DNA of 64,000 nt from Eledone cirrhosa (lineage: Eukaryota): the NCBI GenBank assembly GCA_964016885.1, contig OZ024741.1, forward strand, positions 28,582,001 to 28,646,000, written 5' to 3'. The translations under genes and the position numbers were made by a program. The notes beneath the pieces are model-generated. The model worked only from the letters and a program-made list of their open reading frames with translations, made no database searches and was not told the origin of the DNA. Shown here piece by piece: positions 1 to 12,656 of the stretch. How positions within the stretch are numbered: the first letter of the stretch is position 1; each line of letters starts with the position of its first letter.

Positions 1-2892
1 TCTTGCCATTTCTTAGTCAGTTTCTGTAGCAGTTCTTTCTTTGCAGTTACTTTTACCTGCTTTGCTTTTTCTGTGTTTTCCATTTCAGCAGTAAATGGGA
101 CTTCTGAAATGTGTAGTCCATTACTGTATCTTTGTGCATCTTTTGTAATGGAGTATGATCTTTTGATGCTTTCGTGTTTCAAAACGAGTTTGATCATCCA
201 ATCATGTGATTCCCTTAGATATGTACATAATCCACTTGTTGCAGTTTTCAACGCAATATCTAACTGGATTTACCCACGTCCTCCTTCTTTCCTAGGGAGA
301 TATATTCTATCTGTATCTGCCTTAGGGTGATGCATTCTGTGCATGGTTAAGAATTTTCGAATTTTTGTATCGAGCCTACGGATCTCTGTGCTTGACCAGT
401 TGATGACATTGTAACTGTAGGTTACTACTGGTATGGCAAGCGTGTTTATGGCATCGATCCTATTCCTTGCATTCAATTCCGTTCTTAAGATTGCTCTTAC
501 TCTGCGGTAACATTCCTTCCTTATCCTTTCCCTCATTGTCGAGTGCTTGATTCCGTCTCCTTCACAAACACCTAGATATTTGTAAGTTTCCTCTTGATCA
601 AGTTCTCTTATCACATTCCCTCGATCAAGATTAATGTCTGAACTTTTCAGCAGCTTTCCTCTGGTGAACGTTGCTTTGGCGCATTTATCCAGTCCAAACT
701 CCATTTTAATGTCATCACTGAACTGCTCCACAGTGGATAATAGCCCTTGCAATTGTTCATCATTTTTTGCAAATAGTTTCAGGTCATCCATATAGAACAA
801 GTGATTAATGGTTTTGTCATAGACTTTATATCCATGTTTTGTTTCATTGAGCATTTTACTTAATGGTATAAGTGCGATGCAGAATAAAAGCGGTGATAAA
901 GAGTCACCCTGAAAAATTCCACAATTAATATTAACTTCTCCAGCTTCCAGTGATTTTTTTTCACTATTCAAAAGGAGTGTCGTTTTCCATGTCTTCATAC
1001 TGGATGACAAAAACCTCCTGACAACGGGGGATATTTTGAAAATCTCTAAACATTTTTCAATCCAACTGTGTGGCAAACTATCGAATGCTTTTTTATAATC
1101 TATCCAAGCAATCGATAGATTTTGGTGTCTATTATGACAATCTTCCAGTATCATTTTGTTAACCAAAAGCTGATCCTTACAGCCATATGAGCCTCGTTTA
1201 CACCCTTTCTGCTCAATAGGAAATAGGTCATTTGTTATCAGGTGGTCATATGTATACTCAGTTAGGACTGATGTTAAAATTTTATACATTGTGGTCAAGC
1301 AAGTTATGGGTCTAATTTTTGGGATTGTTTGTCTCATCATTCTTCGGAAGCAGGAATGTAATGCCGTTAACTAGCCATGATGGTATCTTTTCTGGTTCCT
1401 TAACTATTTCATTGTAAAGTTGGGCTAACAGCTCATGAGACTCTGTGAAGGCATTTATCCAAAAATTTGGTATTTTGTCTTTTCCTGGAGATTTCCATTT
1501 GCTGGTTTTTCTTAGAGCCAAACGCAACTGTTCAACTGTTATATTTTCCCATATTTGTTCCTCAAGGTGAGTTGTATCTTTCATTTGTCTGTCTATCCAT
1601 GGGGCATGTATATTATGAACTTTTTATTCGGCCCAGATCTTTTCCCAGAATTCTTGCACTTCCTCCTTGGGTGGTATTGATTTAGCAGTTATTGTTGACT
1701 TACCAATTTTTCTGTAGAAGTTTCTTTGGTTGGTTTTGAACATATTATTGTCCTTATAGAATCTAGATCGTTTTTCAAAGCGCCTTATACGAGCAGCTTT
1801 GGCCGACACTTTTTGCTTGATTATTTCTATCAGCATGCCTATGTCACTTGTTGGTTTTATACTGTACTTTCTTTTCAAATTTCTAAGTTTAGTTTGTTTA
1901 ACATGTTCACCTACTTTATAGTTTTTTAAAATTTCTATGTCAGATCGGAGAAGGTTTATTTGGCGATTGATGTTCTCTTGCCAAGTAGATTTCTTTTGGG
2001 AATTCCTTTGTTGTTTCATCTTCACTCCACATAAGTGAGTGGTGACTTTAGCCGATGCATAATAGAGATGATTTAAATCAGTAATGTTTAGTTTGTTTGT
2101 GATGATAATGTTTTTGATAATTATGTTAGTCTTGTGTATTATCTTTTGGCTCTGTTTGGAGTTCTGGATCTTAGGGAGGGTGTCTCGTTCCCCCATGTCA
2201 GATTCTTTCATTTTCATCCATTCGATCATAATTTCATCCTTCAAGTTGGCAAGTTCATTCTCATTCATTTCTTTATCATTTACGATCTCATTGTTTTCAT
2301 TTGGAGTTTCATCCTGAGCATGCACTCCCTCCACTTTTTCGCTCCTTTCTTTAATTTGTTCTGTTGCCAGTGATTCCGCCCCAACCCTGGGATTCGAAGT
2401 GTTACAATTTACCTCGTTTTCACTGACACATGTTTCATCTTCCCTTCGCTGACTTTGTGCTAATAGCTTGATCTGATCAATTTCTGTATCAGTTAGTAAC
2501 TTTTTTTTTACAATATTTCTTCGTATATTGGCTAGTTTGTTACTGTCAATATAGCCTCTGTTTTCGGGATGTTTATTTTTCCAGTTGATATATGTCTGTT
2601 CTGTATTCGATGTATTTGATGGGTAGTACATGGCAGTGTAGAAAGCCTCAAGGACTTCTTTATTATCTTCCCTTGACCATTTTTCTCTCTTTTTCTTTGG
2701 ATTTCTTGGTGGTGAGCATGGAGGGCTAACAGTAGGAGTATTCCGGTTATGGGAGGTCTCCAGCTCCGAAGTGATGGGAAGGTTTGAACCATTAGCTGAT
2801 TTTTCGACCCCAGTCTGGTTCCTCTCTGAGGGACGCGGCCCTTTTTTACCCGGGTGACGGCCGATCCGGTATGAGATTTTATCATTAGACAT
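1..2892 (-). pseudogene. Disrupted single ORF (reverse transcriptase) of the R4/Dong-like element
   Basis: Stop or frameshift near 1624-1590 and a frameshift near 1320-1340. An in-frame TAA at 270-272 is followed by open frame (IQLDIALKTAT...KKWQE) to the window edge. Confidence 0.85.
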
Positions 2893-3050
2893 TTACTTTA
2901 TTTTGTCGCGTTTTATCCTTATCCGCCAAGGGGTAATCATTTCGTGTTACCACTTCTAGAACGAGTGTCAACCAAGACTAGAGGGGTCGTTCTCCCTTAG
3001 AGACACGGCTATTCCCCGCCGGCCGCCATCCCGGTATTTCTTGGTCACGG
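1..3050 (-). mobile_element. R4/Dong-clade non-LTR retrotransposon, 5' part (5'UTR, N-terminal domain, RT); runs off the left edge; decayed
   Basis: ORFs 1624-2892, 1312-1584 and 270-1340 join into one polyprotein. It has the N-terminal KREKWSREDNKEVLEAFY motif, then [63 protein letters not shown] and R-Y-PRKEGGRG. Confidence 0.9.
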
Positions 3051-3137
3051 GGTTTTCTTTTTTGTTGTTTTTTTAAATTGTTATTATCATGAGTGGTTCC
3101 TTAATGTGAGCATTGCGTGGCTTAAGAATGAAATTAT

Positions 3138-3192
3138 TAATAATTGTCTCCACTCCAGGCACAAGGCCAGCAATCACCCAGTGCATTACAAT
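3138..3192 (-). mobile_element. 3' tail fragment of the tRNA-derived SINE
   Basis: Reverse complement gtaatgcactgggtgattgctggccttgtgcctggagtggagacaatt matches the 3' end of the SINE copies at 3799-3845 and 6349-6396. Confidence 0.75.
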
Positions 3193-3653
3193 AATATAAT
3201 ATACTTTTTGTTGTAGTTGGCTGTTATTGTTGTTGGCTATGTCGGTGGTGGTGCCGGGGCTTTTTATATTGTTGGTCAGGAAGGGGTGAGCCAGCAGTCC
3301 CATAATTGTTGATGTAGACGTTTGGCCGGTGGCAAGGTCACCAAGTCAATCTATTTATATCTTTTGCTAGCCTCTCTCTTGTCTAGTGATACCGCCACCA
3401 TCCCCTTTCTCTCTCAAGTTAACAGGGGAATAGTGTCGGTAGCATTGAATGAGTGGTGGCGGCGATGATGGATGCGGTGGGGTGGCGGCAGCGGTGGTGG
3501 GATGGTTACTGATATAGTATCTATGAGTTTTTGTTCGTATGTTTAATATATATTTTTATTATATTTTGTGTTGACGTATTCCCGTAAAATTTGAATTAAA
3601 CATTTTTTAAAATTTGAGACAATAATAATAGTAATTATTATTATGATGCTAGT

Positions 3654-3842
3654 CATAAGGGCGGTGGATTGGCAGTATCAGTAGAGGGTCGGACGCCATG
3701 CTTTCCAGCATAGTTACATCCCTTTACCATCTGAGTTCAAATCCCGCCGAGGTTGACTTTGCCTTTCATCCTTACGGGGTCGATAAAATAAAGTACCAGT
3801 AATGCACTGGTAATTGCTGGCCTTGTGCCTAAAGTAGAAACA
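3654..3842 (+). mobile_element. tRNA-derived SINE with 17-bp target-site duplication
   Basis: A-box-like TGGCAGTATCAG and B-box GAGTTCAAATCC. Near-identical to the copy at 6211. Flanked by the direct repeat attattatgatgctagt at 3637-3653 and 3843-3859. Confidence 0.88.
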
Positions 3843-4214
3843 ATTATTATGATGCTAGTGAAATTGCCGTTATCTGGCTGTTATATTTAGTGTGATGGGA
3901 TAGGTAGTGTATCAAGTTTCTGGTGTTGGTGGAATTGCTGCTATTTGGCTGTTCTATATAGTGTAGACGGGGGGTGTTTTGTTCCATTTATAACAATTTT
4001 CTTTTTTTGAATACAAAATATATAATACAAAATTGAATATTTGAGCGATACAACAATATAATATGGATCCGAAACTTTATGGGACCTCATTTGGTGCATT
4101 TATGCAACATTTGTGCTAAGAATTGTTCTTTCACAATTGATTTAAATATGTTAAAAATCAAAAACTTACGGGAGCAATTTCGTGACGTTCTACCACCTCG
4201 TGCGTCTTCTTCCC

Positions 4215-4237
4215 TATTATTATTATTATTATTATTA

Positions 4238-4269
<32 letters not shown>
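4215..4269. repeat. (TTA)n microsatellite, 5' flank of the Tx1 element
   Basis: Direct reading. Confidence 0.97.
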
Positions 4270-4477
4270 GGCGACCTACGTAGTAAATCGTATCATCGTG
4301 AGCTCCGCAAAGGTTTGTTATTTCCGTTTGTTAAAAATTGTCATTTATGGAAAATTTTATTGTTAACTTTTTATAAGCGCACATACATTGTTTTCCGAAA
4401 AGAACACCCAAAAAGATTGGGTCCTTGTGCCCAAAATTTAAACTTTTATTATTATCAAAAAATTTCTTTGAAAAAAA

Positions 4478-6676
4478 ATGGCTAATTCACCTCTGCACGA
4501 AGCAGCTGAAAGCCTTTCTCACAAATTAACACCTTACACCGACACCACCATTGTAAATGTTACTACGTTTGCCAACACAACAAAAAATATAAGCACTAGC
4601 AATATTTTAAATTTGTCTCAGGCAGACATTCATTTCCCGCCATTACCAATGACTGCAGGTGTTAAAGCCTCCACCACCACCACCACCACCACGACAACCC
4701 CCACCCCCACCCCCACCGCGACAACAGAAACAAAAGAAGAAAAAAATAAATTAACTCGTGATGTCGAAATGAAATCAAGCAAAATGGACTCTTCCCCACC
4801 AAAGACGACTGACGTCACCACCACCACAACTGAAACTAAAATTAATATTAACACAAATAACGATAGCAACAACAACAACAATGACATTATAAAACCGACC
4901 CTCAGTTTCGCCAGAGTAGCAAAACAATTCGAAGCATTTACGGTAACTCAGGAGGATTTAGAAAATGCCAAACAAATGGTAAAGAAAGATGGGTACAGGG
5001 TCAGCCCCACCCCCACCTAATAAAATGGAGCATCGGCGCCTATGCACCGTGTCGTATAGAACAATAAATGTAAAATCGCGCCGAGTGGAACGGGCATCCG
5101 AGTCCCAAATCCAAAAAGCTTTGGGACATGTGTGGGCAAGAAAAACCCACATCAGACGTGGGCAAAAGTATGGAACCGTGGACGTGTTCTTTGAAACACC
5201 AGAGGAGGCTAGAGAACACTCCATGGCCCCATTAAAAAGTGACGACTTCACACTCGTCCCAAGCTATTGTGGCCAGAGACTCGTAAAGATCAGGGTGACC
5301 CACGTTCCACCGGCCATCGAAATTCCCTGGCTAATAGCGGCCGTCCTCGCCGGCATCGAAGCCAACACGAAAATAATAGCAATAGCAAAAGAAAAGCAGG
5401 AAAACTGGTCCGGATCTGGGATGGAGCTCCTGATCCAAGCGGACCAAAAAAGCATTGAGGAGATCCCAGAGGTAATAGACCTCACTGACGGCAGCCACCT
5501 CACGGTAATTGTCGAGGGCAGAAGACCTAGGTGTGTCGTTTGTGGTGAAGGAACCCACCAATGGGCTTTCTGCCCTCAGGCTAAAAGGTTGAGGCCACCT
5601 CTCCTACCCACCCCAGTGACACAACCATCAACACCACCAGTAGCAGAGATGGCAGCAACAACTGTAGCAGCAACAACAGAAGCAACTATAACAGCAACAA
5701 CCCCAGCAACAGTAGCAAAACCAACACCACCACCACCACCACCAGCAAAACCAACACCACCACCACCCAACGCTTCAGAACTAGCACCAGCGCCTACACC
5801 ATCCACCACACCACAACCAAAACTAACGGCTGTGGAGGATTTTCCACTCCCCGGCCTATCACAACTGGAGACAGATTGTGACGACGAGGAGTGGGAAACG
5901 ATATCCGGAAAAAAAAAAGAAACCAAAAAAGAAAAAATTCTCTTCCTTCCCCCTCCAAAAACAAAATACAGAGGGAAACAAATAAATTAAGAAACAAAAA
6001 AGTTAGGACAGATATGCCACCATCCACACCAGCATCACCAACCCCATCAACCCAAACACCAACACCATCACCATCATTAACCCCAACACCATCATCACCT
6101 ACACCACAAAAGTCACCAAAATGCGAAACAGAAACAAACCCACAACAAACGCAAACAAAACAAAACAACCAAAACGATACACACTACACAGCATTAAATT
6201 TGAACAACAAGCGGTGGATTGGCAGTATCGGTAGAGGGTCGGCCGCCATGCTTTGCAGCATAGTTACGTCCCTTTACGGACTGAGTTCAAATCCCGCCGA
6301 GGTTAACTTTGCCTTTCATCCTTACGGGGTCGATAAAATAAAGTACCAGTAATGCACTGGGTAATTGCTGGCCTTGTGCCTAAAGTAGAAACAATTAAAT
6401 TTGAACAACAAGCAATTATTACACTACATCCAAGACAACACCAGCATCACAGAAAAAGACTACACAACAACCCCAAAATTCACACCACCTCCACACATAC
6501 AAATCACTCGCATCACACAGAAAACGTACATGACACTAAAACAAAAATTCCCCAAAGACATCGGAGACTTCCGACAAGCACTCTCCAGGAGGATTGATAA
6601 GGACATCCTTCCTGAGGAGGCCACAAGCAGTGAAAAGGATGGAAAAACCGTCCTTCCCCTACGAGAAGTAAGGTAA
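4478..6676 (+). pseudogene. ORF1 (gag-like nucleic-acid-binding protein) of the Tx1 element, with two frameshifts and a SINE insertion
   Basis: Pieces 4478-5020, 4989-5990, 5891-6212 and 6401-6676. Contains the SFARVA motif, an RRM-like region, zinc knuckle CVVCGEGTHQWAFC and Pro/Thr-rich low complexity. The second frameshift is at the poly-A run near 5909-5918. Confidence 0.8.
6211..6393 (+). mobile_element. tRNA-derived SINE inserted into Tx1 ORF1, with ~20-bp TSD
   Basis: A-box-like TGGCAGTATCGG and B-box GAGTTCAAATCC. Direct repeat attaaatttgaacaacaagc at 6193-6212 and 6394-6413. Confidence 0.92.
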
Positions 6677-6710
6677 GTGGTCTTTCCCATCTTTTCCACT
6701 CCTTTTCAAC

Positions 6711-9700
6711 ATGACCTCACTCAGAATAGGCAGCATAAATGCGCGTGGCTTGGGGTCGTCATGGAAGCAGGGCCACCTGCTCAACGACCTCAGGTCACTA
6801 AACATAGATGTAGTGGCCATCAGCGAGACCAGAATCTCCGAAGCACAGGCTTTCGCACCAATCTTCGGCGGCTACGATGTGTACGCATCTCCCAGCCGTC
6901 CGGGATCGGGGGGAGGAGTTGCTGTGCTTTTTCGGAGAGGTTTGGATCTTGCCATACGGGCCATCTTCCTGGACCCAGAAGGTAAGTTGGTGGTGCTGGA
7001 CGTGACCAGCGGAGACGGCCAAGCTTTCAGGTTAGTGGCCGTCTATGCCCCGACAGGAGCAGGTCGGCCTGATTTCTTCCGGCGTCTGGAGACCTTTCTT
7101 GGAACGTCCCGCTCTTTAGTGTTAGTGGGCGACTGGAACGGGATCTTAGATGCACGCTGGGATTGTGTGGGATTAGTGGATAGGGAAGGAGGGTGCAAGA
7201 GTCTCACCAACCTGCTCAGACGTTTTGAACTGTCTGACAGGTACCGAATGGATTTCCCGAATGTACCAATGTGGACTTGGACAAATCGCATAGGGTCATC
7301 CAGATCATATCTAGATAGAGTATTTTGTAGGGAAATAGATAGGTCTAGCATAGGCTGTCCACAATTCAAGATAGTCAGCTACACGGACCACAAATTCATG
7401 ATCTGTGTGCTTGACTTAGATAGGCTTCATAGACGAGGACCCGGCTACTGGAAGCTAAACGCGTCCTTACCAGCGCGCAAGGCCTACAGAGACCGGATTA
7501 GCGAACTAGTTAAGCGGGCGTTGACGGGGGCCATCGTCAACAACAAGTGGTGGTTTGCTCTGAAAAGAGCAATTAGAATAGAGTCCATTAGGTTTAGTAA
7601 GACTTTAGCAATAGAGAAAAATAGAGCAGAGGGAGAATTAGTTAGAAAATTAGATGAGGCCCTTAGCAAAGGCATCGCGACCGACGTACTTGCGGCGAAA
7701 TTGGCCCTTGACCATTTCTTCAATGCAAAGCACGAAGGCTGCGTTGTCAGAGCTAGGGTGCGTGCTCTCAGACTCGAGGGGACGAAAGCTGTTCAATGGG
7801 CCCGAGTGGCGGAGGCGCGTCGTAGCAACAAAGCCACGATCCGGTCTTTGGTGGACCACGACGGGCGCATGCTACTCGATCCCGGGCAAATGTGTGAAGC
7901 TTTTCAGCGACACTTCGCTCAACTGTTCGGGGGCAGTGGCGGGCCGGATCGAGGGATGGACTTTAGTGTCTACCTCGACGGACTGCTGCGGCTTTCGACC
8001 ACTGAGGCGGAGTGTTGCGAAAAGCCGATAACAACCGCTGAAGTACGGGATGCAATGACTAGTTGCACAAGGGGTAAATCGCCTGGTTTAGATGGTCTGC
8101 CCTATGAACTTTACGTACAAATGCCAAACTTGTTCGGAGGCCTCTTGGCGGACGTCTACTGCAACTGGCAACAGAACGGGAGAATTCCCAGCTCTGTGAG
8201 CCGAGGAGCGGTGGCGCTGCTGAGAAAGGATCCGAACAAGGGGGATAACATAGATAATTTTAGGCCCATAACTCTGCTAAACACAGAGTTCAAGATTTTG
8301 GCCAAGGTGCTAGCAAAGAGGTTGGCGCTTGTCGTTGGTGGTCTGGTGGGAGAGGCACAGACATGCGCCATTCCCGACAGATCCATTCACGACAACCTCC
8401 ACCTCATGCGATACATCGTAGAGAGGGTAGCTAGGGAACCTGGCACGGGTGAGTCTTTGATCAATTTAGATCAGTCGAAAGCCTTCGATAGGGTCGACCA
8501 TCGTTACCTAGCGGCAGTCCTGAGGGCGGCTGGCTTTGGGCCCGTCTTCAGAGGCTGGATCGCTGCCATGCACAGCGACATCTGCTCTGTAGTGAGAGTG
8601 AACGGTCACCTTTCGGAACCGTTTAACATCATGCGCTCGGTCCGCCAAGGATGTCCCCTCTCGTCCCTATTGTACGTATTGACTCTCGAGCCATTACTGC
8701 ACAAACTGGAGACGTTGAGGGGGGTCCCGCGCGAACTAGGATGCGGAAGATCCGTGTCAGCATATGCCGACGATGTCACCGTAGTGGTGTCGAACGCCAA
8801 ACACATCGAGGCGATCGGCACTACACTAAGAGAATACGAAGCGGTGACAGGAGCAATGATCAACCAGGAAAAGTCAGTGGGCCTGCAGCTCGGCACCTGG
8901 AGAGGCAGGTCCATGCCGTCCAACAGCGTCGTCGGACGCTGGACGGACGGACCGGTTAAATTGCTAGGGGTCTGGTTCGGTCCAGACCTCCAGACGGACA
9001 AAAACTGGGACGAGGTGACGAGCAGGGTGGCTTCTCTCACCCAGAAATGGGCGGAGAGGAAGCTATCCCTGAAAGGTCGAGCGGAGGTGGCTAACGCGTA
9101 CATCGCGTCCGTCATCTACTACCGCCTGACCGTCGTACCTTGTCCTAAGCACCGCATGACTGCGCTGGAGCGTTTGCTCTTTCGCTTCTTGTGGAAGGGA
9201 CGCGCTCCGATGGTCAGGCGGTCCATCTGCTGTCAACACCCGCTACGTGGAGGGCTGGGCATGCCGTGGCTGATGATACGCAGACACGCGCTCAGGCTAC
9301 GACATCTCCACCTCTTCCTCGACGGTGATCAGGTGTGGTCGCCGTTTGCTAGACACGTTTTTCCCCAGCTCGTCTCCTTGACGGAGCTGCAGTCCTGGGT
9401 CAAGCGAAGACCGAGAGGGAGCGCTTGGAGACTGGAATGTCTTCAGGCGCTCACAGCCCTCGACCAATCGGGCAATGTGATCGGTGGAAACTCCACCTTG
9501 GCGTTCTATAGGGGATTAGTGGAGGGGAAGAGCGACGACGTACTTGGAGAAACTCTAGGCGTCGACGAAAATCAACTAGCCAATCTCTTCGGAAGGACTT
9601 TCGGGCCGGGGCCTATGGACAACTTCCAGAAATCCCTGGCTTGGCAGTGCTACCGAGGAGCTTTGCCAGTTCGGGATAAACTCTAGAGGCATGGAGGTGC

Positions 9701-10130
9701 CGTCAGCCGGGCATGTCCGAGATGCGCGCAGGGCGACGAAACCGTCCTGCACGCACTCGTCCAGTGTCCGAGCATTGCTGACTTGTGGGTTTATGTCGAA
9801 CACCTGCTGTCACGTGTAGGGCGGATCCAGCTATCAGCTGAGTCCATCGTGAGGATTGCCCCGCCCCCTTCCTTTAGCCGGGAAGGGCAGGAAGTTTTTA
9901 TCTGTCTGGTGGCCATGGCGAAAGAGATAGTATGGTGGACACGTTTGAAAGGGCTGAAGACGAGCACTTACCTCTTCGGTGATGCCCTGATTAACTTTTT
10001 CAAATTTCATTTGATAAGGAAAATCAGGGTAGAGAGGGAAGTGCTCTCTTCCCAGCATTTTGTTGAAAGATGGGTGAGAGAAGCAAGAATGGCCCGAGTG
10101 AATGGGCCTATTCTGAGCATATATCTGTAA
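6711..10130 (+). pseudogene. ORF2 (APE endonuclease, reverse transcriptase, zinc finger) of the Tx1 element with one premature stop
   Basis: APE motifs SINARGL, ISET, VYAP, GDWN, SYLDR and TDH. RT motifs KSPGLDG, FRPITLLN, DQSKAFD, VRQGCPLS and YADD. TAG at 9684-9686 (TAC in the second copy), then the same frame continues through CPRC...ETVLHALVQC to 10130. Confidence 0.93.
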
Positions 10131-10378
10131 ATTAAAGGTGGAAAACTGGGAGAGGGCACTTGCCTTGGTGGTCAGGGTCATTGTGGCTTTTTACTGGGCT
10201 TTCTCCACAAATGTCCCTCCGAAGTCTCCCCCCTATTGGGGAATTTTTCATTGTTATTTTTTGTTACATCCTCTGTTTTTGTTTTTTACACGCAGAAATG
10301 CCCATTTGTACCGTCCTGCATTGTCCTGCACTGTCCTTAATGTCTACTTTATGTAAACCCTTGTGGTTAATAAAGAAA

Positions 10379-10380
<2 letters not shown>

Positions 10381-10434
<54 letters not shown>

Positions 10435-10440
10435 GTTATT
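10381..10440. repeat. (ATT)n microsatellite shared by the 3' ends of the Tx1 and Dong-like elements
   Basis: Direct reading. Confidence 0.97.
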
Positions 10441-12350
10441 CCTTGAGTCTCAGTCATTGATGTTAGTTAACTGGAAATTCCGTTGGAATGAATATCAAGC
10501 CACTACCAGCAGCCTCAGATATTCAGGACGTATCGGAGGGTTCTTGCTGTTCCCAGCAAGCATGCCTTTTGAAGCGTTCCAAAAAGCGTGAAGGGGCCGA
10601 TTTTCTTTAACCATCCCTGGAAACTTTTGGAGATAGTCCTCAGTGCGCCTATGACAATCGGGATCACTTTGACTTCATGGCAGTTCCAAATCCTTTTTAC
10701 CTCCCACTTTAAGTCCTTGTATCGTTTAATTTTCTCCCTCTCCTTCTCTTGCACTCTCGTGTCGAAAGGGCAGGCCACATCCACAATCAGACACGATCTT
10801 TTTTCTTTGTCCACAACCACCAGGTCAGGTCTATTGTGTTCCAGTTTCTTGTCCGTCTGTATCATAAAATCCCACAGCACCTTCACCTGATCGTTCTCTA
10901 TCACCGACTCTGGCTTATGCTCATACCATTTCTCAGAATGTGGTAAATTGTTTACTTTGCACAGGTGCCAGTGGATCACCCTGCCCATCACATCATGTCT
11001 CCAGCCCTTATAGTGGGTCTGGGCTAGGTGTTTACACTCGGATACAATGTGAGCCACAGTCTCCTCTCTCTCTCCACAGATCCTGCACAGTGGGCTAGCC
11101 TCCTCCTTGTAAATATGGTGTTTCAACCACTTCGTTTTGAGAGCCTGCTCCTGCGCAGCCATTAACATTCCTTCTGTAGCCTTTTGAAAGTCTCCTCTTC
11201 TCAACCAGTTCCATGTCTGTGGATCTCTAAATTCAGTTTTCTCAAAGAAGGTACTATGAAGGGATTTTTCTTGAAGGCTGCTCTTTCTCCTTGATGTTAT
11301 TTCCTCCTTGGACATCCCCTGGCCTATTGTCCCCTCCTTCAGTACAGTTCTGAGCATTGGCTCCTTACTATCAGTGACGTATTTGTGTAGGTTGTTTTTC
11401 TCCTTCTGAACACAGTCCTCTATGCTGATAAGACCTCTTCCACCCTCAGATCTCCTTAAGTAGAGTCTATCGACATAACTCCTCTTGTGGAACATGTTGT
11501 AGATAGTCAATAGCTTCCTAGTCTTCCTATCCATTTCTTTTTGTTCAGCAACATTCCATCTCAGGATTCCCGCACTGTACCTAATAATAGACACAGCTCG
11601 GGAATTTATTGCGCTTATGGCATTTCTGCTGTTCAGATGTGACTTCAATACGCTCCTTACTCTCCGAATGTATTCAGTTCTTAACAATCCCTTCATTTTT
11701 TTGTTCTTTATGCCATCAGCCTCCAGAACGCCTCAGAGTCAATTTCCTTTATCATCTCACCTGTTGGTATCTGGATTCCGTTACTTCTACTCATCACAAT
11801 GACTCCACACTTACTAATACCAAACTGCATACATATATCACTGCTGAAAATACGGACAGTGTCAACAAGCACATCCAACTCCTTCTCACTCTTCCCGAAG
11901 AGCTTAAGATCGTCCATGAAGAGGAGGTGATTGATGGTAAGCCCTCCCTTTCCCAACTTGTATCCTGCTCTCACTTCTCGCAGTACACTGGTCAGGGGCA
12001 TCAGGGCAAGGACAAACAGCAGAGGGGACAGGCTATCTCCCTGGAAGATACCTCTCTTGATCTTCACGTTTCCCAAGGATTCTCCAGTTGATGTCAACTC
12101 TGTTTCCCAGGGCCTCATACTTTTGCCCAACAACTGCCTGATCTTGTCTGCCACCTTGAAGATCTCCAGGCTTTTGGTGATCCAAGAATGAGGCACCATG
12201 TCAATTGCCTTTCTGTAGTCTATCCATCCCATGGCAAGATCAGTGTGTCTCCTCCTGCTATTCCCCATTACCATCTTATCAATAAGTAACTGGTCCTTTG
12301 TACCACGTGACTTCTTTCGGCATCCTTTCTGTTCGTCCGGTAACAAGTTT
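10441..12350 (-). mobile_element. 5'-truncated R4/Dong-clade non-LTR retrotransposon (RT, CCHC, restriction-like endonuclease), frameshifted
   Basis: ORFs 11708-12350 and 10515-11696 contain [51 protein letters not shown]...DVACP...K..RY (PD-D/E-K RLE) and VIPIVIGAL. A lesion removes the YKYLG region near 11735. The short 3'UTR ends in (TAA)n. Confidence 0.92.
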
Positions 12351-12357
12351 TGGTAAT

Positions 12358-12429
<72 letters not shown>

Positions 12430-12480
12430 CAATACCAGTGGTTGTAGGCGCTCTGGGAGCGCCTACAACCACTGGTATTG

Positions 12481-12531
<51 letters not shown>

Positions 12532-12543
12532 ATTACCAAAACT
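12346..12543. repeat. Fold-back inverted repeat containing (TAA)n/(TTA)n arms
   Basis: agttttggtaatagt(taa)n-aaacaataccagtggttgtaggcgctc / tgg / gagcgcctacaaccactggtattgttt-(tat)n-taactattaccaaaact. The arms differ only in microsatellite length. Confidence 0.95.
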
Positions 12544-12656
12544 AAACTCCAATATAAACATAAATCGCCATAATGTTATGCATAAATATGTTTTTATTTA
12601 AATGAGATCATTACCAACGAACATGCTTTCTGCAAATTAGATCGTCTTCGTGCCAG

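Larger units (their letters stand above)
4270..10380 (+). mobile_element. Near-full-length Tx1/L1-clade non-LTR retrotransposon inserted in a (TTA)n tract
   Basis: 5'UTR, ORF1 with CCHC knuckle, ORF2 with APE, RT and C-terminal zinc finger, and a 3'UTR ending aataaagaaatc. (TTA)n lies on both sides. Confidence 0.92.

Noticed and set aside
3431-3442. agtgtcggtag match to the satellite reverse complement
   Set aside because: Only 11 bp and it does not extend, so it is compatible with chance.
3661-3760. tRNA gene (also at 6211 and 20225)
   Set aside because: A and B boxes are present, but there is no clean cloverleaf. The copies have an unrelated tail and TSDs, so they are SINEs.
3860-3966. 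Imperfect ~36-bp direct repeat (gaaattgccgttatctggctgtt / gaattgctgctatttggctgtt)
   Set aside because: Two diverged copies only, with no functional clue.
4975-5925. Programmed frameshifting in Tx1 ORF1
   Set aside because: A single copy cannot distinguish this from decay or homopolymer error, and one shift sits in an A10 run.
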